Of a DNA stretch of 64,000 bases, positions 27,348 to 34,706 are shown in pieces. The stretch comes from Alphaproteobacteria bacterium (lineage in GTDB: Bacteria > Myxococcota_A > UBA796 > CAJQPC01). The notes beneath the pieces are model-generated. The model saw nothing but the letters and a program-made list of their open reading frames with translations, searched no databases and was not told the DNA's origin. The number at the start of each line of letters is the position of its first letter. Within the stretch, counting starts at the first letter, position 1. The DNA lies in contig JACKEV010000023.1 of NCBI GenBank assembly GCA_020632795.1, positions 5,775-69,774 of the forward strand, in the 5' to 3' direction. Position numbers and translations under genes: made by a program.

Positions 27348-28207
27348 CCGGCCCCCTCGAGCTGGCGCTGCAGGGCCGCGAGCAGGCGGACGAGCCCGAA
27401 GACCACCACCTGACCGCTGCGGAGGGTGATCGGGTCCAGGTCCACGTCGTACTCAGTCCAGTCGGCCCCGACCAGGGGGAGGTCCAGGCGCCGTACGGTC
27501 TCCAGCACCCGGTCGAGGTCTCCCAGGGTCAGGCCCTCGGGCAGAGGGTGACGCACCGCAGGCAGCACGCTGGGGTCGAAGGCGTCGCTGTCCACGGTCA
27601 GGTAGACGGGCACGCCCGGCGCCAGGGCCTCGGCCAACCCCGCCACCGTGCTGCGCACCACCCCTGGCGTGGGCTCGGGGCGCAGGCTGCTGTAGCCCCG
27701 CACGCCCACCTGCACCACGCGCTCCACCTCGGGGCAGCGGGCCAGGAAGGAGACGAAGTTGGAGTGGGTGGGCAGGCTGTCGGGCCGCAGCGGCGCCAGG
27801 TCGTGGTGGGCGTCGAGCTGCAGCACCTGCAGGCCACCGATCGCCCGGGCCACCCCGCGGGCCAGGGGCAGGGAGACCGCATGGTCCCCCCCCAGCCCCA
27901 GCACCACCTTGCCCTGGCGGGCCAACGTCACCGCCGTGGCCTCCACCAGATCGAAGAAGTCCCGGTGTGGCCAGCTCGCCCGATGCACCAGGTCCCCGAG
28001 GTCGCTCAGCCGCAGGGAGGAGAGGACCAGCGCGTCCGTGGCGTAGTCGAGGATGCCCTCAGAGAGGCGCTCGCTGGCGGTCAGCCCCCGCAGGGTCGAG
28101 GGGGCGTGCAGGACGCCGCCGCCCCGGGCCGCGCCGTGGGCGAAGGCCACCCCCAGCGCCACCACCTGGCCCTCGTCCCCGGAGGGGGCCCCGAAGAGCG
28201 TGCTCAT
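27344..28207 (-). CDS. arginase/agmatinase/formiminoglutamase-family (ureohydrolase) protein
   Basis: 287-aa ORF. Mn-ligand motifs are GGDHAVSLP, LQLDAHHDL and LTVDSDAFDPSVLPAV. ATGA overlaps occur at both ends. Confidence 0.8.
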   Translation of the reverse strand: MSTLFGAPSGDEGQVVALGVAFAHGAARGGGVLHAPSTLRGLTASERLSEGILDYATDALVLSSLRLSDLGDLVHRASWPHRDFFDLVEATAVTLARQGKVVLGLGGDHAVSLPLARGVARAIGGLQVLQLDAHHDLAPLRPDSLPTHSNFVSFLARCPEVERVVQVGVRGYSSLRPEPTPGVVRSTVAGLAEALAPGVPVYLTVDSDAFDPSVLPAVRHPLPEGLTLGDLDRVLETVRRLDLPLVGADWTEYDVDLDPITLRSGQVVVFGLVRLLAALQRQLEGAG

Positions 28208-28878
28208 GGCTCCAGCCCATCCAGGTCGAGCAGCCCCTCCGCCAGCAGGCGTTCGCGGGCGTCCGGGCGGCGGTCGGTGAAGACCTCCCTGTCGCGGGTG
28301 AGCCCTCGGCAGGGGCTCGGGTGCCCGGGGCGCACGGACCAGAAGAAGCCGCTCTGCAGCGCGTCCCAGGCCGGGTCGAGGGCCGTGACCTTGCGCTGGT
28401 CCAGGCAGGCGGCGAAGTCCAGGTAGAGGTCGTCTCGCAGCCCCTCGTCCGCGCCCGGTCGCCGCAGGCCGAAGGCATCCCGGGCCCAGAAGAAGAAGCG
28501 GCTGTAGCCCTCGTAGGCCCGCCCCACCCCCACCGGGTCGGGCAAGGAGAAGCGCGGTTCGAAGAAGGCGTCCGAGGAGAGGAACGCGGACAGCCAGCGC
28601 TGGCCCAGGGCCTCGCGGGCGTCCCGGGCCCCCAGGTGCCGCAGGGTCGCGGCGAAGACCATCTCCAGATCCTGGGCGGCCAGCAGCCGCCGACCATGCA
28701 TCTCCGCGCGGTGGCCCTCCGAGAGAGGGTCGGGCAGGCAGGCGGACCAGTGTGACGGTACCCGCCAGAGGGCGAGGACCGCCTCGGGGTCCTCCGCGAA
28801 GGCCTGGGCGGTGCGCTCGCAGTAGAGCAGCTTGAGGTGCAGCCGCTGCACCCGCACCAGCTCCAGGGAGCCGCTCAC
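28204..28878 (-). CDS. hypothetical protein, positional equivalent of the MbnC/TglI/DUF2063-type partner of DUF692 enzymes
   Basis: The track ORF 28204..29043 is trimmed to GTG 28878, which overlaps the DUF692 stop (GTGA). I could not recognise the family from sequence. The call rests on position and coupling only. Confidence 0.45.
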   Translation of the reverse strand: MSGSLELVRVQRLHLKLLYCERTAQAFAEDPEAVLALWRVPSHWSACLPDPLSEGHRAEMHGRRLLAAQDLEMVFAATLRHLGARDAREALGQRWLSAFLSSDAFFEPRFSLPDPVGVGRAYEGYSRFFFWARDAFGLRRPGADEGLRDDLYLDFAACLDQRKVTALDPAWDALQSGFFWSVRPGHPSPCRGLTRDREVFTDRRPDARERLLAEGLLDLDGLEP

Positions 28879-29684
28879 GACACCACGCGGCGGAGCTGCT
28901 CCAGGGTGCGGACGAGGTCCGTCTCCGGCGCGGCGTCCGAGTGCTCGAAGGTCACCGCCCGGAGCGCGGGCAGCTCCCGCACCAGGGTGGCGGTCAGCGT
29001 CAGGATCTCCTCCTCCGGGACCCGGTCGTGGCTGTCGTGCCACCAGCGTCCGCTCTGCCCGGCCCGGATGCCGGCGACGTGAAGCTCCACGATCCGCTCG
29101 GCGGGCAGGGCGTCCAGGCCGAAGTCGGCGGCTCGACCGAGGTTCCGGTTCGACGCCGTCCAGTGGGCGACGTCGAGGATGATCAGCGTGTCTCCGGCCT
29201 CAGCGACCCGGGCGAGGAAGCGCAGCTCGCTGTCCAGCGCTCCGACGTGCTGGTAGACCGGGGCCAGCTCCAGGGCGACCGGGCGACCGTAGAAGGCCTG
29301 CAGGGCGCGGGCGTTTCGGGCGGCCACCTCCACGAAGGCTTCGCAGAGGATCGGCGTCACGATGTAGCCCAGCCGGCCCTCCGCCCCGGGCCCGGCCCAG
29401 CAGAGGTGCTCGCCCACCCAGGGGCTGTCCCAGGCGTCCGCAGCCTCGCGCACCTGCTCGGCCAGGCGCAGGTTGACCCCCTGGGGGCTGGCGATGGGGT
29501 TGATGGGGCAGTGTACGAGCACGGGCACGCCCTCCCCCACCCGGGGAGGGTGCCCCGGGGTGATGGGGAAGTTCGCCTCGACGTAGTCGATGAGCCCCGC
29601 CGTGGCCGCCCGGGCCAGACGCTCATCCTGGTTGGGGTAGTCCCAGCGGGCGCCGAGGGTCGGGCGCCCGGTCGGCAAGCTCAC
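28875..29684 (-). CDS. DUF692 (UPF0276; MbnB/TglH/ChrH-like) TIM-barrel non-haem iron enzyme
   Basis: 269-aa ORF (GTG start). DUF692 landmarks are IDYVEANF, VLVHCP, SPWVGEHLCW, VALELAPVY, LILDVAHW and IVELHVAG. Confidence 0.8.
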   Translation of the reverse strand: MSLPTGRPTLGARWDYPNQDERLARAATAGLIDYVEANFPITPGHPPRVGEGVPVLVHCPINPIASPQGVNLRLAEQVREAADAWDSPWVGEHLCWAGPGAEGRLGYIVTPILCEAFVEVAARNARALQAFYGRPVALELAPVYQHVGALDSELRFLARVAEAGDTLIILDVAHWTASNRNLGRAADFGLDALPAERIVELHVAGIRAGQSGRWWHDSHDRVPEEEILTLTATLVRELPALRAVTFEHSDAAPETDLVRTLEQLRRVVS

Positions 29685-30040
29685 GCGCCGTCCCGATCCG
29701 GGCCGGAGTCCTCGTCGTCGGCGGCCTCCACCGCGCGGGGCCCGACGTCTTCACGGGGCCGCAGAGCAGCGACCGCGCGGGGCCCGACGTCCTCACGGGG
29801 CCGCAGGGCAGCGACCGCGCGGGGCCCGACGTCCTCACGGGGCCGCAGAGCCTCCACCGCGCGGGGCCCGACGTCCTCACGGGGGCGCAGAGCCTCCACC
29901 GCGCGGGGCCCGACGTCCTCACGGGGGCGCAGGGCCTCCACCACGCGGGGCCCGACGTCCTCACGGGGGCGCAGGGCCTCCACCGTGCGAGGACCCACAT
30001 CCCGACCCTTCTTCCGGCCGCCATCACCGCTGGAACTCAT
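29681..30040 (-). CDS. 119-aa cysteine-free repeat peptide (about 7 x 14 aa, consensus REDVGPRAVEALRP); candidate RiPP precursor
   Basis: ATG 30040 lies 5 nt after a perfect AGGAGG. The TGA overlaps the GTG of the DUF692 gene (GTGA). The repeat unit is 42 bp (3n). Within the repeat, GC by codon position follows the pattern expected for real coding frames in GC-rich genomes (pos1 high, pos2 lowest, pos3 high). An in-frame ATG at 30067 is an alternative start. Confidence 0.6.
   Translation of the reverse strand: MSSSGDGGRKKGRDVGPRTVEALRPREDVGPRVVEALRPREDVGPRAVEALRPREDVGPRAVEALRPREDVGPRAVAALRPREDVGPRAVAALRPREDVGPRAVEAADDEDSGPDRDGA
29726..30019. repeat. tandem 42-bp repeat: 6 near-perfect copies plus 1 degenerate copy
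   Basis: Units begin at 29726, 29768, 29810, 29852, 29894, 29936 and 29978 (degenerate). The plus-strand consensus is ctccaccgcgcggggcccgacgtcctcacggggScgcagRgc. Confidence 0.95.
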
Positions 30041-30045
30041 GGACA

Positions 30046-30051
30046 CCTCCT
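30046..30051 (-). promoter_or_regulatory. Shine-Dalgarno (AGGAGG) for the repeat-peptide ORF
   Basis: The plus strand reads cctcct at 30046..30051. A 5-nt spacer separates it from ATG 30040. Confidence 0.6.
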
Positions 30052-30096
30052 GGCGGGATGCTACCATCCTCTCCGGTATGGTTCGGGGCTCCGTGC

Positions 30097-31137
30097 ATGC
30101 GCCAGATCATCCGGAGGGATACCCCCAACGTCGCACGGAGCCCGATCCAACACAGCCGACTGCGGGCTGAGGTGTTCAGGATATCGGTGAAGTCACGCCG
30201 CTCCATCGCCGTCGTCGCCCTGCTCGTCCTCGCCGCCGTCAACGCGGTGGCGTACGCCCACGCCCGCGCCATGCTGACCTGGGCCCCCGACGGCGCGCGC
30301 ACCCCGCCCCCCGAGCAGCTCTCCACCGCCGGGCGCCTGCGCACCCTGCTGCTCGGCGTGCGCATCCCCCGCCCCCGCCCCACCCGCACGCCGGACACGC
30401 TGGGTCTGCCCTTCGAGGCCCACACCCTGACCCCCCCGGGCGAGCCCGCCCTGTCCCTGTGGGAGGTCCCCGTCGAGGACCCCCGGGGCACGGTGGTCCT
30501 CATCCACGGCTACACCGCCGCGAAGGACCAGCTCCTGGAGCTGGCGCCGCCCCTACGGGAGATGGGCTGGCGGGTGGTGCTCGTCGACCTGCGGGGCTCC
30601 GGGGACAGCGGCGGCACCGGCACCACCATCGGGGTCACCGAGGCGCGGGACGTCGCGGCGGTCGCGGCCTGGGCCCCGCGGCCGGTGGTGCTCTATGGCT
30701 TCTCGATGGGCGCCGCCGCCGCCCTGCGCGCGGTCGCCGCCGAGGGCGCCACCCCGGACGGCCTCATCCTGGAGGCGGTCTTCGACCGGCTGCGCACCAC
30801 CGTGGGCAACCGCTTCCGCTCGATGGGCCTGCCCGCCCGCCCCGGCGCCGATCTGCTTTTGTTCTGGGGCGGCATCATCTCGGGCTTCGACCCCGCCGGA
30901 CACGCCCCCGTGAGCTACGCCACCCGGGTGCGCGCGCCGACGCTGGTGCTGCACGGGACCGAGGACCCCCGCGCCCACCTGGCCGAGGGCCGGGCGGTGT
31001 ACGACGCGCTGGCAGGCCCGTCCCGCTGGGTGGCGTTCGAAGGCCTGGGGCACGAGCTCTCCGCGGTCGCCCAGCCCGCGCGGTGGGGGGGCGCGGTGGG
31101 GGCCTTCCTGGAGGCGCGGGCGCCGCAGGGCCAATAA
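30097..31137 (+). CDS. membrane-anchored alpha/beta-hydrolase (serine hydrolase)
   Basis: The track ORF 30058..31137 has its start uncertain (ATG 30097 or GTG 30187). An N-terminal TM helix is IAVVALLVLAAVNAVAYA. Other features are HGYTAAKD, the nucleophile elbow GFSMGAA and a C-terminal GLGHE. It is divergent from the repeat-peptide operon. Confidence 0.7.
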   Translation: MRQIIRRDTPNVARSPIQHSRLRAEVFRISVKSRRSIAVVALLVLAAVNAVAYAHARAMLTWAPDGARTPPPEQLSTAGRLRTLLLGVRIPRPRPTRTPDTLGLPFEAHTLTPPGEPALSLWEVPVEDPRGTVVLIHGYTAAKDQLLELAPPLREMGWRVVLVDLRGSGDSGGTGTTIGVTEARDVAAVAAWAPRPVVLYGFSMGAAAALRAVAAEGATPDGLILEAVFDRLRTTVGNRFRSMGLPARPGADLLLFWGGIISGFDPAGHAPVSYATRVRAPTLVLHGTEDPRAHLAEGRAVYDALAGPSRWVAFEGLGHELSAVAQPARWGGAVGAFLEARAPQGQ

Positions 31138-31224
31138 CGAACAGCGTTCGCTTTTGCGTCATCGCCGCGGTCAGGCCCGCCGCACCCTCGCAGGTGTACG
31201 ATCGCCCTCTTCCCTGGAGATCGC

Positions 31225-31875
31225 ATGAAGCGCCTGCTCTTCCTCGCTCTGTTTTCGTGGCTCCTGACCGCCGCGTCGCCGGCCCACGCGTCAGAGACCC
31301 CGTTGCCGATGCCGGTCGCGAAGACCTCGCCGGAGGCCGGCCAGCTCCGCACCCTGCAGGCGGTATGGGCGGGGGGCTTCGCGGGCAGCGTGTTCGCGCC
31401 GGTCCCTCTGCTGGGCGGCGCGTTCATGTCCCTGGTCACGTTCGAGGAGCGCCCGGTCCGCATCGGCCTGACGATGACGGAGGCCTTCATGGTGCTCGGG
31501 CCACCGGCGATGCTGCTGCCCACCCTCAAGGCGCGACAGATCCGCATCGAGCAGGGCTACCGGGTGGGCCCGGTGCCGGCGATCATCAGCGGTGGCCTGT
31601 GGGGGGTCTCCGTGCTGTCCCTGGCCACCGCCGAGGTGAGCTTTCGCAGCATCGGTCGCGCCGACGACATCGACACCCAGTTCGGGCTGGCCTTCCTGGG
31701 CACCCTGGCGGTGCCGGTCTCGGTGGCCGCCTACGTCGGCTCGGTGGTCAGCGGCACCATCTTCGGGGTGAAGACCTACAACCGCCCCAACCCGGACCGC
31801 CGACGGGCCTCGGTGGGCCTGGTCCCGGTGCTGAGCCGGGAGCGGCCCGGGGCGGCCCTGGTGGTGGTGTTCTGA
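31225..31875 (+). CDS. integral membrane protein (hypothetical)
   Basis: 216-aa ORF with a signal peptide and several hydrophobic segments. Confidence 0.55.
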   Translation: MKRLLFLALFSWLLTAASPAHASETPLPMPVAKTSPEAGQLRTLQAVWAGGFAGSVFAPVPLLGGAFMSLVTFEERPVRIGLTMTEAFMVLGPPAMLLPTLKARQIRIEQGYRVGPVPAIISGGLWGVSVLSLATAEVSFRSIGRADDIDTQFGLAFLGTLAVPVSVAAYVGSVVSGTIFGVKTYNRPNPDRRRASVGLVPVLSRERPGAALVVVF

Positions 31876-31882
31876 CCCGCCG

Positions 31883-32554
31883 TCAGATCTCCGAGAGCAC
31901 CCGCTCCTTGGTGGCGTCGTACTCGGACTGCTCGATCAGCCCCTCGTCCAGCAGCGCCTTGAGGCGGCGCAGGCGGGCGACCGGGTCCTCGGGGGGCGCA
32001 GGCGCGGCCGCGGGGGCCTCGGCCTTCTGCTCGGCGGCGGCGGCCTCGGCCATGCCCCGGGCCTCGGCGCTGCGCATCTTCTCCGGTCGGAAGTCCTTCT
32101 TCGCGCGCGCGACGGTCTCCTTGTAGACCTGCTTCATGCGCTCCCGGGACAGCTCGCGGCCCTGGAAGTGTTCGCGGGCCACGGTACCGATCGCGATGGT
32201 GGAGGCATACATCAACGGCGCCCCCAGGAGCCCCCCGAGGCCGGGCAGCAGCACCTTGGCGGCGGTGGTCGCGAGCTGACTGGCCCCCAGGGAGAGCCCC
32301 ACGGTCGCCCCGATGCGCAGCAGCAGCTCGGTGGCGTTGTCCCGGGTGACCTCCTCGCCGTAGATCTGGCCGATGCCCATGACCATGCCGACGTGGATGG
32401 GCATGACGCCGATCACCTCGCTGCCGGGCAGGGGCAGCAGGGTCAGCGCGGCGACCGCGTAGCCACACTTCTCGGCGAGGGCCTGGGCGGCGGCCTCGCG
32501 CTCGGACTCGGGGACGTGCTGGCCGACGATCTCTTCGAAGATCTGTTGGAACAT
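31883..32554 (-). CDS. membrane-associated protein with C-terminal SHOCT-like motif
   Basis: 223-aa ORF. A Gly/Ala-rich hydrophobic core is followed by the C-terminal RLRRLKALLDEGLIEQSEYDATKERVL, typical of the SHOCT short C-terminal domain. Confidence 0.55.
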   Translation of the reverse strand: MFQQIFEEIVGQHVPESEREAAAQALAEKCGYAVAALTLLPLPGSEVIGVMPIHVGMVMGIGQIYGEEVTRDNATELLLRIGATVGLSLGASQLATTAAKVLLPGLGGLLGAPLMYASTIAIGTVAREHFQGRELSRERMKQVYKETVARAKKDFRPEKMRSAEARGMAEAAAAEQKAEAPAAAPAPPEDPVARLRRLKALLDEGLIEQSEYDATKERVLSEI

Positions 32555-32586
32555 GGGGTTCTCCCTGGACGTGGAGGGATCCTAAC

Positions 32587-34089
32587 TCAACCCTTGATCA
32601 CCGGGATCGTCTCCTGCCCGTCGAACTGCACGTCGAGCACGTCGAGCAGCGCCCCGAACACCGGCTCCTCGGCCGGGGGCAGGCGCGCGTCGGAGAACAG
32701 CGGGTCCTCGCCAGGGCCCAGCTCGGAGAAGGGGGTCGGCGCGCCGGTGTCGGGGTCGAAGCCGCAGATGAAGCCGTTGTTCGGGTCGGGCTCGCCCAGG
32801 GACTGGTTGCCCGCCAGCATCGGGCTGACCGCCAGCAGGCCGTTGTTGAGGTGGTGCCCGGTGCCGAAGCGGCCCCCGGTGTCCCACTTGTCCCGCCCGA
32901 ACTCGGTCGCGAAGACGATCATCGTGCGGTCCCACAGGGTCTGGCCGGTGGGCTGGCCGTCCGGGTCCAGGTGCTCGCTGGCCTCCAGGAGCCGGATCAG
33001 GCGATCGGTGGTGTCCAGCACCCGATCCCAGTGGGTGGCCTGGGCGCTCTTGTGGTCGTTGTGGGACTGGTCGAAGGCCAGGAAGCCGTCGGTGCCGGGC
33101 TCCACCAGGGTCATCGCGGCGCTGGACTGCGTCTTGATGAGCAGGTAGGCCAGCGCGGCCTGGGCCTGGAGCCGGTCCCGGGCGATGCCCGAGGTGTTCG
33201 CCGGGAAGGAGTCGGGCAGGGCGCTGCGGACGCGGTCGACCTCCTCGCTGGGCTCGATGCCCCACTCCGAGAGGGGCAGGGCCTCGCCCAGGTCAGGCAC
33301 GAAGAGCAGGCGGCGGATGAGGTCGTCGACCTCAAGCTGCGGATCGACGGTCTGCCGACTCCACAGGAGATCCCGGCGGATGCGGCTGTTGGCGAAGGTG
33401 CGTCCGAAGGGGGAGAGGTCCTCCAGGGTGCCGTCCCGCAGGGCCCGGGTGCGGGCCATCATCGCGGTGCGCACGTCGGGGTCCTGGGCGGGGGTGTCGC
33501 CCAGGGGCAGCACGCCGGCCTCGCCGTGGGTGGAGAAGGCGAAGGTCACCGGGTTGGTGACGATCTCGGCGCGGTAGCGCGGGTCGAGGGCGGGGTCGAC
33601 GCCGGGCACGGTGAACCCGCCCCGGCCCATGTTGACGTTGGGCAGGGGCATGCCCGCCCCGTAGACCGCCGCGACCGACTCGGCGAGGGTGCGCCCGTTG
33701 AACACGTCGCGGCCGTTGATGGCGCGGGCCTGGGCGACCCAGTGGTTCACCGAGGAGGACTGGGTGCCCATCACCACGGTCTGGTCGGCGTAGCGCTCCA
33801 GGAAGGCCTTGGGCGTGGAGCGGTCCACGCAGCGGATGTTGCTGCCCGAGGGGTGAACGGTGTCGTAGCCGATGACCGTGCCCCGGTTGGGGTCGCTGAC
33901 CACCTCGTTCTGGTTCAGGGGCATGAAGCAGTCGAGCATCGACGCGCCGCCGAAGCAGCCCAGGATGACGAGGTACCGGGGCCCGTCGTCGTCGGCGCGG
34001 GCGGCGCGCCAGAGCGCCCGGCCGCCCACGGCTCCGGTCGCCCCCGCAGCGAGCGCGCCCTTCAGCAGAGATCGGCGGGTCCACGACAT
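32587..34089 (-). CDS. DUF1501 family protein (Tat-signal, sulfatase-like fold)
   Basis: The track ORF is trimmed to ATG 34089. The twin-arginine leader is MSWTRRSLLKGALAAGATGA. Also present are LVILGCFGGASMLD and TEFGRD...G..HH. Confidence 0.8.
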   Translation of the reverse strand: MSWTRRSLLKGALAAGATGAVGGRALWRAARADDDGPRYLVILGCFGGASMLDCFMPLNQNEVVSDPNRGTVIGYDTVHPSGSNIRCVDRSTPKAFLERYADQTVVMGTQSSSVNHWVAQARAINGRDVFNGRTLAESVAAVYGAGMPLPNVNMGRGGFTVPGVDPALDPRYRAEIVTNPVTFAFSTHGEAGVLPLGDTPAQDPDVRTAMMARTRALRDGTLEDLSPFGRTFANSRIRRDLLWSRQTVDPQLEVDDLIRRLLFVPDLGEALPLSEWGIEPSEEVDRVRSALPDSFPANTSGIARDRLQAQAALAYLLIKTQSSAAMTLVEPGTDGFLAFDQSHNDHKSAQATHWDRVLDTTDRLIRLLEASEHLDPDGQPTGQTLWDRTMIVFATEFGRDKWDTGGRFGTGHHLNNGLLAVSPMLAGNQSLGEPDPNNGFICGFDPDTGAPTPFSELGPGEDPLFSDARLPPAEEPVFGALLDVLDVQFDGQETIPVIKG

Positions 34090-34706
34090 CAGTACAGCAG
34101 AGCCTCCGTGCTGGTGCCCAGGGCGAAGCAGGACATCAGGGCCCACTCGGCGTTGCCGCCGCCGTCCTCGACCACCCCGGCGTGCAGGCCCACCAGGGCG
34201 TCGCGCTCCTCGGGCTCGGGGTCGCGGCCGAGCATGCGGCGGTAGAGGGTGGCGGCCTGGGCTTCGGCCTGGGCGACCTCCAGGGTGTCGCCGTCCAGCG
34301 GGATCTCCGCGAAGACCACGGGGGCCTCGGCGGCGCGGTCCAGCGCCAGGCGGTTCCAGCAGGCCTGGAGCACCATGCGCTCAATGGCCAGCCCGGTGGT
34401 GACCGAGAGCGCGTCGACCGGCTCGAAGATGCCGTTGGCGATGGACACCCCGCCCAGGGGCACGGCGTGCAGGTCCGCGCAGTCGTAGAGCCCGGTCTCC
34501 CGGCAGATCTGGTCCTCGGTCAGGGAGAGCGCGCCCTGGAGGTCCAGGGAGACCTGCCGCCAGCGCTTGAGGCGCAGGTCCGCGCGCACGGAGGGCTCCG
34601 CGCCGGTCCAGTCCGGCCCGTCGTCGACCACCTCGGGAGGGTCGCTGTCGGCGGGGGGCGTCTCGCAGGCCCCGAGCAGCAGCACGGCCAGCAGCAGGCG
34701 GCTCAT
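34089..34706 (-). CDS. lipoprotein (hypothetical)
   Basis: The track ORF 34089..35738 is trimmed to ATG 34706 (ATGA overlap with the upstream stop). The lipobox is LLLGAC. 205 aa. Confidence 0.55.
   Translation of the reverse strand: MSRLLLAVLLLGACETPPADSDPPEVVDDGPDWTGAEPSVRADLRLKRWRQVSLDLQGALSLTEDQICRETGLYDCADLHAVPLGGVSIANGIFEPVDALSVTTGLAIERMVLQACWNRLALDRAAEAPVVFAEIPLDGDTLEVAQAEAQAATLYRRMLGRDPEPEERDALVGLHAGVVEDGGGNAEWALMSCFALGTSTEALLY

Noticed and set aside
29726-30019. Possible CRISPR array suggested by regular direct repeats
   Set aside because: The 42-bp units are contiguous with no spacers, no cas genes are present, and the repeats lie inside a coherent ORF.
29623-30027. Alternative frame of the 42-bp repeats encoding WRPCAPVRTSGPAR units (one Cys per unit). 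This is attractive because DUF692 enzymes usually modify Cys.
   Set aside because: It has no RBS. Its second codon positions are nearly all G/C, which is atypical for real genes. It reads 60 nt into the DUF692 gene. The other frame has AGGAGG and a GTGA junction. I kept it as a caveat in the findings rather than as a feature.
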